A stretch of DNA of 63,394 bases, counting the filler, from Octopus bimaculoides (lineage: Eukaryota): NCBI RefSeq assembly GCF_001194135.2. It is 7 parts of 6 records of this genome, joined end to end, with 100 filler letters (N's around TTAATTAATTAA, not from the genome) between each part and the next. Parts side by side here need not be neighbours in the genome. Positions count along the whole stretch, not along the records: positions 30,814 to 60,410 come from NC_068992.1; positions 60,511 to 63,394 come from NW_026320811.1; 5 more parts are not named here. One strand, 5' to 3'. How positions within the stretch are numbered: the first letter of the stretch is position 1; each line of letters starts with the position of its first letter. Shown here piece after piece: positions 53,791 to 63,394 of this stretch. The notes beneath the pieces were generated by a model. It did not search any database. It had not been told where the DNA came from and saw only the letters and a program-made list of their open reading frames with translations. The translations under genes were made by a program, and so were the position numbers.

Positions 53791-54610
53791 TACATATATA
53801 CATGTAAAATGTATTATGTATGTATATAATGATATGTAAAAGTAGGATCCAAGGATCCAGGTGTAGGAGAAAATTAAGATTTGAGCAGTCTGCAGAAGGT
53901 TTAAAATAACAACTTCAAGGAACAATAGTGGCTAATTAACGTTACAATTTTTTTTTTCCATATGGAAGTTCGATAAGCTGAAAGAAATTATTTTATAGTT
54001 CACGGTTAGCAACTAAGGTTGCTATGTATGCGAATAAAAATCCAAATTTACGGAAAGGAGTAAGTTCAAATCAGGCTACATATGTTTCCTAGCAAGCAGA
54101 ACCTCAGAAGTAGTAATTATTAAGTGCCGTGTACTTCAATAGCTACTCACCAGTCCGCAGTTAGCTGAGTTGAATGAAGGCTACACTGTCGTCCAGGCAT
54201 CTCAAGTTGACTCGCAGGAAATTTGATCGAAAATGAGTGAAAAGCAAGGAGTGAGAGAGCAAAAGGGAAAAGCATAGGTGTGATAAAATAAGGAATGGGA
54301 GTGGGAAAATTTCTGACGTTAAGAAAAAGAATAAGAATAAAGAAAAGGAGAGGTAGGAGGGAAAGTAAGGGGAGAAATATGTTAAGACTGAAGCTGGTGA
54401 ACATCCATATGCATCCAAGAACACTCAAATGCAAAGCACACACACACACACAGAAACACACACACACGCAAACACACACCCACACAGAGAAACACACACA
54501 CACGCACAAGCACATAAATAGATTGCCACCCACACATATATCCATGAAAAAATTAGAAGCTGATAGTTATATTTCTCTTCGTGCATAAATTTATATATAT
54601 GTGAGCATGC

Positions 54611-54614
54611 ATGC

Positions 54615-54712
<98 letters not shown>

Positions 54713-54760
54713 ATATATATATATATATATCTATATATATATATATATATTGACGTATAC
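54611..54760. repeat. Long (TA)n microsatellite
   Basis: Directly visible. Confidence 0.97.
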
Positions 54761-57224
54761 ACAAACACACACATATATATTAATATATATATACATATAT
54801 ACATTAATATATATATGTGCGTATACTTATATTATTATTACTATTATTATTATTATTATTATTATCATTATTATTTTTTATATATGTTTACATTGTCTAT
54901 TGCATCGTTCATTAGAATGTTTACTCCATAATGAAATATCTTCTGGAAAAATAAACACTTTTTTTTCCTAACATTACGTATATTTTGAAAGCAATGACAA
55001 AACCCATTGACAGAAAACAAATTTTGAAAATAACATAGGTATATTAAGCCACCTGCTGGCAGCTGAATACACAAAATCTCGTTAGCTTCCTATTATCCCT
55101 CAAATCCTTGTTTACAACTCAACAAATATTTTTGTAGTCATATTTGTCGTTAAATCTACGCTACTATAGTGGTTTGTAGCTTTAAAATGTTATATAGGTA
55201 TTAGATAATATAACGTTTCTGTTTTTATAATTTTTTGTAGTGTAAATTCTTAGCGATATTTATCACTTATTAGATAAGAGTCGATTCCCCATGTAGAGAT
55301 GTTATCTTCAAGAGAGGAAATACGTGCCGATAATACCTTTTGATTTATGAACTTCTTAGAACTTGCTCAGCTACATGAATACACGCTTTGTACATCGATG
55401 AGAGTAGAATGTATGGATGATTTTGTGGCAGCTATCTTTGAAAAGACGCCTCTTCCTGTGGAAAGCATGGAGAAAATAGAAACTGAGTTTGGCTATACAA
55501 AGTGAAAAGTAATGCTGTCATGAATAAAATGAAGTTTGCCGAATATCTAACTACGCATTCATAAGAGCGAGTCAGGTATGAAAAGAGAACATTTTATTTG
55601 GGTTGCAGAAATTTACTATCGCAGTTTGCGACAGATTTCTGCATAGAAGCTTGAAGAAATATGTAGGAACTTAATGGAGTTCCAATATTTTCTGACGGGA
55701 GGGTGAAGTCCATACTTGATTCAAATCTTCATAGGCTGCTGCGAGAATTGAAGGAAATTATCCTCAAGCTTTTAATCTGGCGGAATGCACCTAAGAGATC
55801 GAAATTTACATAATTTCTACTCCGGAACTGTAGTGCAGGCAGATTCCGGATTAGGATTTCAATGGAAGATTCCAATTATCTGCGATACATTGGTCAACTT
55901 CGACAAGATTACCGAATTCATACTATTAATTTCACACGTTGCAAACATTTTACAATTATCTGAACTTATTCTTAATGCAGAGACATAAATTTGCTTTACT
56001 CGGAAGGGAAACCCAGTTTGAGACCAAACACGTTTCATTCTGCTCTCATTTATCTCAGTGAAACATACTTCTCTACACGAGAAATGATTAGGGTAACTTT
56101 AATTCTTCTTCAATACTGGATACTGGTCTCTGATAAATATATGTTCGTGACCACCTTTAGACCACCTGGTTGAATATTGTTGGTGTCGAGGTAGATACAA
56201 ATCCTTTTAAATGTGATTCAAGAAGGTCGACTTCAACCACCATATCAGTGATATCAATAATATCCTCGAATATGACTGCAAAAAATATTTGTTGAATTGT
56301 AAACAATGATTTTCAGGGATGGTGTTTTAACAATTCGCAAAACATATGACAGTAAATACATAAATGATTCATTAAAAAATATAAGTAAAGAATAATACAT
56401 AAGTGACAGACCTAGTATACCTTATTGCTGTAGCAGGTTAAGGAGCACCTTGCAATGATTCAAACGTGAGTTGTGTACCTTTTGAGATGTGAGTATTTAT
56501 AAGCCATGAGGTGGAGTTCTATGCAATGAGAGGTGAGCGTGTCTATAACGTGGTGCTCTAATTAGCGTCTTATGAGTGGCGTGCGTATGATATGTGTGGT
56601 GGTGTCTGTAGTAAGCAGATGGTAGTGTCTGTATTAACGAAGAAAGTGAGTAGCCTACGTACATTATAATGAAGCATAGGAGATGATCAAAGTCTGAAAT
56701 TCTCTTAATGTGATCATCAAAAACAGGAACTAAAACATGACTGCTCTATAGTTTGTTGCATTCTACATACTTTCGTTGTTACCTCTATTTCCTGATATCT
56801 GAAATATGTTTAAACATAGAATAATAACATTATTCGTTCCATTCGGAACATATGCTTCTCTCAGCGATAATTAAAAAAAAACTGTTTTTCCTTTGCTCGA
56901 TGATTTTGGTTTCTATCCTACTTTGCTCTACTTTGGTCAACCCATGAGTTGAGCAAACGCTTATGAATGAAATTTGGCTTTACATAGGATATACTTAAAA
57001 TTAATACATACCCTGAAGTAAAGTATACTTGATACCTGGTAAGCTCAAACACCTACCTAACTTATATAGAACTCCAATATCGCAATGTTTCTTAAGAGGT
57101 AAGTGTAGCGCACCAAACATAAATTCTCGATCTTTAATGAAAGTCATTATGTGATTGTAAAATCTTTGATGGATATTCAAATAAAGCAACATGGATGTTG
57201 TGATGTCACCATATACAGAAAATG

Positions 57225-57378
57225 TGAACGTCTGTGTAACTATTTCCTCTTTAATTTCCTCTTAGTATTTCTGTTGAAGAGCGTAGGCTTGAAACATAAA
57301 AGACTTTTCCATTCTTCACTAATTCACCTGCTTGTTCCTACACCAGTCTTCGTCTTTTGTTTTCTGTAAATTTGAACT
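57225..57378 (+). mobile_element. PLE-type short repeat (copy 2)
   Basis: CTGTTGAAGAGCGTAGGCTTGAAACATAAAAGACTTT..GTCTTCGTCTTTTGTTTTCTGTAAATT followed by (TA)n. Confidence 0.7.
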
Positions 57379-57406
57379 ATATATATATATATATATATAT
57401 ATAATC

Positions 57407-57900
57407 AAGGAACGCATTGTCAGGAGGAAAATGATTGCGTTCCTCGAAGATAATGACTTGCTGCTTGATACCCAGCATGGCTTCCGCTCAGGAAGGAGCT
57501 ACACAACACAGATTTCGAAGTATTATGACTGTGTTAAATGAACTAACGAATCTCTCAAACGTGGATGTGATGTATCTTCATTTTGCAAAGGCCTTTGATA
57601 AGATTGATCATTGAATAATATGTCACAAGCTACGGAGACTCGGCATAGTCGGAAAACTGAGAGGATGGTTACATAGGAACCAGACTCTGGCAGCCAATGG
57701 AGCCGTCTCGAAAGAGACAGTAATAAAAATTGGATTGCCTCAGGAAACTGAGCTGGGGCCCCTACTGTTCATGGTAGCTCTTTCAGGCATGCCAATAGTT
57801 ACACAGGCATCCACATTTTCTAGATATGGTGACATCACAAAAACTGTACAATTGGTCAAGAATTTTCTGATGCTAATTTTCTACTAAAATATCGAGATTC
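57407..57900 (+). mobile_element. CR1-clade LINE reverse transcriptase fragment, pseudogenised
   Basis: ERIVRRKMIAFLEDNDLLLDTQHGFRSGRS..VDVMYLHFAKAFDKIDH*..KLRRLGIVGKL..IGLPQETELGPLLF..YGDITK; QHGF, D(F)AKAFD, GVPQG.LGP and FADDTK motifs are recognisable but mutated. Confidence 0.92.
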
Positions 57901-57972
57901 CATATATCAACAGGCGCACTCAGAGAGCGGAAACCTCTGCGAAGGCAACACTATTATTATATATATATATAT

Positions 57973-58183
57973 AGTTGGAATTTACGAAAAAAACAAAAGA
58001 CGAAGATAGGTGTGTAAACAACAAACAGGTGTAATAGTTTAACACTCGGGAAGGTGAGAAAGACGTTTATGTTTCGAACCTACGCTCTTCAAGAGAAAGG
58101 AACACAAGAAAATTATCAGAGAGAGAGAATAAGAATGAAACCTTTAGTAGCTAGCGGTGAATCATGGCGGTGGCCAGACAGAG

Positions 58184-58185
<2 letters not shown>
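57973..58185 (-). mobile_element. PLE-type short repeat (copy 3, most complete)
   Basis: Reverse complement contains CCTTTCTCTTGAAGAGCGTAGGTTCGAAACATAAACGTCTTTCTCACCTTCCCGAG..CTTCGTCTTTTG. Confidence 0.75.
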
Positions 58186-58251
<66 letters not shown>

Positions 58252-59664
58252 AACACACACACTCACACAAGTAATTACGCAACATCCACTGAGATGTCTT
58301 TAATTACAATGGATATTTTTCAAGGTTACAGACTAACGTTACTGCAAGATGTAATAGTTTATGAATTAGAAACTAAAGCTGGCATATTTATGAGAGCTTA
58401 TTTTATTATACATATCAACCTTAATTGGTTAATGTGAATATGAGTTAATTCAATATAACTTATCTGAAAGTCAGTTCCAAATTTTATGCTACGCCAACAT
58501 TACGTTATGCAGTGAGTAGCCAGAATGGCGAGCTGTATTAGATTTCGAATGCAAACGATAAATTTTTGGGTTGCTGGAAGCAATTTCTAAGACACAAGTA
58601 AGAAAAAATAGCCTGCCCTTTCAGCATTTGAATCAATGGGAAGTCTTTTACATCAGAGTCTGTGGAGAAAACAAGTACATAATCTTTATTTAAATCTCAG
58701 TTACTTACGTGTTANNNNNNNNNNNNNNNNNNNNNNNNNNNNNNNNNNNNNNNNNNNNNNNNNNNNNNNNNNNNNNNNNNNNNNNNNNNNNNNNNNNNNN
58801 NNNNNNNNNNNNNNNNNNNNNNNNNNNNNNNNNNNNNNNNNNNNNNNNNNNNNNNNNNNNNNNNNNNNNNNNNNNNNNNNNNNNNNNNNNNNNNNNNNNN
58901 NNNNNNNNNNNNNNNNNNNNNNNNNNNNNNNNNNNNNNNNNNNNNNNNNNNNNNNNNNNNNNNNNNNNNNNNNNNNNNNNNNNNNNNNNNNNNNNNNNNN
59001 NNNNNNNNNNNNNNNNNNNNNNNNNNNNNNNNNNNNNNNNNNNNNNNNNNNNNNNNNNNNNNNNNNNNNNNNNNNNNNNNNNNNNNNNNNNNNNNNNNNN
59101 NNNNNNNNNNNNNNNNNNNNNNNNNNNNNNNNNNNNNNNNNNNNNNNNNNNNNNNNNNNNNNNNNNNNNNNNNNNNNNNNNNNNNNNNNNNNNNNNNNNN
59201 NNNNNNNNNNNNNNNNNNNNNNNNNNNNNNNNNNNNNNNNNNNNNNNNNNNNNNNNNNNNNNNNNNNNNNNNNNNNNNNNNNNNNNNNNNNNNNNNNNNN
59301 NNNNNNNNNNNNNNNNNNNNNNNNNNNNNNNNNNNNNNNNNNNNNNNNNNNNNNNNNNNNNNNNNNNNNNNNNNNNNNNNNNNNNNNNNNNNNNNNNNNN
59401 NNNNNNNNNNNNNNNNNNNNNNNNNNNNNNNNNNNNNNNNNNNNNNNNNNNNNNNNNNNNNNNNNNNNNNNNNNNNNNNNNNNNNNNNNNNNNNNNNNNN
59501 NNNNNNNNNNNNNNNNNNNNNNNNNNNNNNNNNNNNNNNNNNNNNNNNNNNNNNNNNNNNNNNNNNNNNNNNNNNNNNNNNNNNNNNNNNNNNNNNNNNN
59601 NNNNNNNNNNNNNNNNNNNNNNNNNNNNNNNNNNNNNNNNNNNNNNNNNNNNNNNNNNNNNNNN

Positions 59665-59756
59665 AACATTGAAGATATTCTCTATTCCCGAGCGTTTTAC
59701 TAATACATCATTTGTTGTTTATTCCACCTGTCTTCGTCTTTTTCGTGAATTCTCCT
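59665..59756 (+). mobile_element. PLE-type short repeat, 3' part only (copy 4, starts in gap)
   Basis: TTCCCGAGCGTT..TTTGTTGTTTATTCCACCTGTCTTCGTCTTTT matches copy 3. Confidence 0.6.
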
Positions 59757-60364
59757 TATATATATATGCGTCTGTGTGTCTGTGAGTGAGTGTGTGTATG
59801 TTTCTGCGGGGGAGTGCGTTTATAAGTTGATCATGTCAAAGTTTGACATTGTGTTTCTTTATTCGCCGCAAGGTGAGGCAAGAAACGTCATTGACTGTAA
59901 CCTTTTAAGGTGATAGACAGACCATCTACTCTAACAAGTGTATTCAGTTTTGTATCGGATAGTGTGATGAAATGTGTGAGATATATGTCAAAGATATTTT
60001 AATATAGTTTACAACCCATACCTTTTATACATACACACACACTGACACGCGCACGCACACACACACACACACGCGCGCGCATAGCCACACACACATACAC
60101 ACAGAAATATATTTATATATCTAAAGTTTTTCCTCTCATTATTAACAATCTAACTTGCTTCGATATTTTTTGAATAAGCTTTTTTTAACTAGTTAATAAT
60201 TTTTAAAATCTTTTGCAAAACTTTTAAATATATGTATATGTACACATATACATATATAGATATATGTTTACATGCATATATATGTATGTGTGTATGTTAT
60301 ATGTATATGTTTATATACGTATATATGTCTATAACAATGCATACATGCAAATGTATGCATCTAA

Positions 60365-60410
<46 letters not shown>

Positions 60411-60922
60411 NNNNNNNNNNNNNNNNNNNNNNNNNNNNNNNNNNNNNNNNNNNNTTAATTAATTAANNNNNNNNNNNNNNNNNNNNNNNNNNNNNNNNNN
60501 NNNNNNNNNNTATATATGCATGTATGTATGTATAGTGTCCGCAATGAAAGAAAAAAGTAACGATCAGTTATTCAAAGTTTTGTTGAAAGAAGGACTTTGA
60601 TGTTTGATAAGGTTGAAACTATCAATAATAGTTTGTAGAGTACTGGGTTTTTTTGTTTTTTTTAATCCATTCGACGGAGAAAAAAGAAATCGAAGGTTGC
60701 TCATGTACTCAAATGCACTTCTTCTGAAAGTGCCACAAACATTGTGACTATTATGAGAAAGTATCATTCCGACTTTTCTGCTTCCTCCGCCTAGAGGCTT
60801 TGCACTTAAAAAGCGAGAAATGTAAGATATTTATATTACGGGAACTTAGTAACGTCGAGAGATATGACGAAAATTACATTTTAACGATTGAAACTCCAAA
60901 TAAAAGCTATATGTGTACGTGA

Positions 60923-60960
<38 letters not shown>

Positions 60961-61906
60961 CCACACATACACACACACTGACTCATTCACACATGTATGA
61001 TACACACTCCCGTATGTTACATACATAAATGTGTGTGCATATATGTATATATATATATATATANNNNNNNNNNNNNNNNNNNNNNNNNNNNNNNNNNNNN
61101 NNNNNNNNNNNNNNNNNNNNNNNNNNNNNNNNNNNNNNNNNNNNNNNNNNNNNNNNNNNNNNNNNNNNNNNNNNNNNNNNNNNNNNNNNNNNNNNNNNNN
61201 NNNNNNNNNNNNNNNNNNNNNNNNNNNNNNNNNNNNNNNNNNNNNNNNNNNNNNNNNNNNNNNNNNNNNNNNNNNNNNNNNNNNNNNNNNNNNNNNNNNN
61301 NNNNNNNNNNNNNNNNNNNNNNNNNNNNNNNNNNNNNNNNNNNNNNNNNNNNNNNNNNNNNNNNNNNNNNNNNNNNNNNNNNNNNNNNNNNNNNNNNNNN
61401 NNNNNNNNNNNNNNNNNNNNNNNNNNNNNNNNNNNNNNNNNNNNNNNNNNNNNNNNNNNNNNNNNNNNNNNNNNNNNNNNNNNNNNNNNNNNNNNNNNNN
61501 NNNNNNNNNNNNNNNNNNNNNNNNNNNNNNNNNNNNNNNNNNNNNNNNNNNNNNNNNNNNNNNNNNNNNNNNNNNNNNNNNNNNNNNNNNNNNNNNNNNN
61601 NNNNNNNNNNNNNNNNNNNNNNNNNNNNNNNNNNNNNNNNNNNNNNNNNNNNNNNNNNNNNNNNNNNNNNNNNNNNNNNNNNNNNNNNNNNNNNNNNNNN
61701 NNNNNNNNNNNNNNNNNNNNNNNNNNNNNNNNNNNNNNNNNNNNNNNNNNNNNNNNNNNNNNNNNNNNNNNNNNNNNNNNNNNNNNNNNNNNNNNNNNNN
61801 NNNNNNNNNNNNNNNATATACTTCGATACATTCAACACATATCACACATAGATAGATAGATAGATAGATAGATTTGATAACTGCACGCCCACTTTCATAT
61901 CTACAC

Positions 61907-61964
<58 letters not shown>

Positions 61965-62694
61965 TAATAATATAATATACACACGCACACATATAGATAC
62001 ACAAATATGCGTGTATTTATATATGTACACATGTGTATGTTTATCGGTCTCTTTGTCAATCCACTTCTGTTAACATAACAAACACGACTACGGGGAGCAT
62101 CCTCATTTATTATGCAGTAACTACAATTTAAATATTTGCTCAGTAATTGCTTTCACTGATATGCAGTATATATAAATATCTACACGAAATTGCACAGACA
62201 CATGCATACAACGCATAAATCTCTCCCCACCCTTTCTCTCTGTCTTTTTTCCTCTCTCTCTGTGTCTTTCTCCCCCTCTCACTATGTCTCCTCCCCCCTC
62301 TCTCTCTCTCCATACAAACATAAATGCATACACACACATACATACACACGTATATAAAATATACATATATCTGTCTAATGCACATACACGCTTACAGACG
62401 AACACACACGCACATATTTCCTTAAGTACACAAAACATTAAACACACACACACACGCATACACACACATGCGTGTATATATGTGTATATATAGATATATT
62501 ATATGTAATTATGTTATATATTACATACAGCAAGAATCGTTAGTCAAGTAGAGAGTGTAGTAAGTAACTTAGAGGGAAAGAGAAACGAGAAATTATATAA
62601 TGAATTTCATAAGCTTACGGCTGTTTCTGCTTTTAAGGTGCAATGCACTCATAGAGGAGTGCTTGTGTATCACTGTATAGCCACACTGAGGCTT

Positions 62695-62972
62695 ATACTG
62701 AATGACAACTTCAAAAGTTTGAACCTTGCGGATGAGGTGACAAAGGACAGAGATGCCTTACTGTACTCAAGAAGACTCGTCCTCCTCATCAGAATTCTTG
62801 TCCCATCCCCTGGTGAAGAAGATTGGTCTACAAGAGTCCTGAGCCGGTGCCATAAAGGAGGAAGCACTCGTGCCAGTGCCACGTTAAAGCGCTCATGCCA
62901 GTGTCACGTTAAAAGCTCCTAGCACATACTTTGAAGTGGTTCGTGTTACGAAAGGCGTTCAACTGCAGAAAA
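62695..62972 (+). mobile_element. RTE-like LINE 3' remnant joined to SINE-like sequence
   Basis: NDNFKSLNLADEVTKDRD resembles the RTE C-terminal L..L.....DR..WR. Followed by a tandem 26-bp TGCCAGTG(C/T)CACGTTAAA unit and sequence shared with 21395-21450. Confidence 0.5.
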
Positions 62973-63394
62973 CAAGTCAAAGATATATATATATATATAC
63001 ATATATGCATATATATAACAAGTAGAAAGATATATTTTTCAACGCGTAAATATTGATAGAGCTGCATCTGGATAACTTTATAACTTCTAAAATTGCAAAA
63101 GAATTTGTCGGTCGGCAGTTTAGCACAAAGGTAGAGCACTCTGACCAGCATATTCGTGGGGTGTGAGTTCGATCATCATGGTTGGATGCCGACAAACTTT
63201 TCTGCTCTAAAAGGATTTTATCTAATATATGCTGTTCATTCAGTATTTATGCATTGAAAAAAATTTTTTTCTACTTGTTCTAAAATACATTTCATCGTTT
63301 CAAAAACAAACTTATGTTTGTTTACATATGACAAAATGTATGTATATATATATATATATATATATATAGATATATATATATGAGTAAAAATAAA

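Noticed and set aside
54146-54260. Strong minus-strand donor CTG|GTGAGT with an upstream pyrimidine tract
   Set aside because: Only a GAG acceptor is available and an equally plausible + strand frame exists; ambiguous without RNA data.
55280-56300. Coding-like degenerate stretch (e.g. MDDFVAAIFEKTP.., IFSDG.., YIGQLRQDYRIH)
   Set aside because: Fragments are short and broken by stops; I could not place them in a consistent TE or gene family. A frameshift-aware protein search would be needed.
59834-59850. ATGTCAAA-G-TTTGACAT palindrome
   Set aside because: A single 8-bp-arm repeat is expected by chance in 63 kb of AT-rich DNA.
62760-62795. Minus-strand CTGATGA followed by a stem
   Set aside because: Loop is only 2 nt and no GAAA follows, so it is not a hammerhead.
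1-63394. CRISPR arrays, rRNA, operons or prokaryotic systems
   Set aside because: No repeat-spacer array, rRNA motif or gene-dense region; the sequence is eukaryotic repeat-rich DNA.

Overview
AT-rich, gap-ridden eukaryotic scaffold dominated by simple repeats and retroposed or DNA-transposon debris. The SINE families and extreme (TA)n/(CA)n/(TAGA)n/(TAA)n density resemble an octopus (coleoid cephalopod) draft genome; this is inferred from memory of those repeats, not from a search. No protein-coding host gene can be assigned with confidence, and almost all listed ORFs are microsatellite or N-gap artefacts. Supportable elements: many tRNA-derived SINEs, two mariner relics, a fossil Penelope-like (PLE) RT, a CR1-clade RT fragment, and three stacked R4/RLE-type endonuclease 3' ends. 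The most interesting signals are RNA structures. (1) A near-canonical type-I hammerhead ribozyme on the minus strand at 20913-21011, with a perfect 37-bp foldback ending exactly at the base next to its catalytic core. (2) Two other hammerhead-like motifs from different repeat families (2301-2348; 1104-1141, variant core). (3) A ~200-bp-arm diverged inverted repeat (29414-30010) whose transition mismatches are biased to G:U on the + strand. (4) A pre-miRNA-sized hairpin at 12444-12509. (5) An orphan 126-aa ORF with 12 Cys at 34690-35070 (-). All structures and counts were worked out by hand and need computational confirmation.
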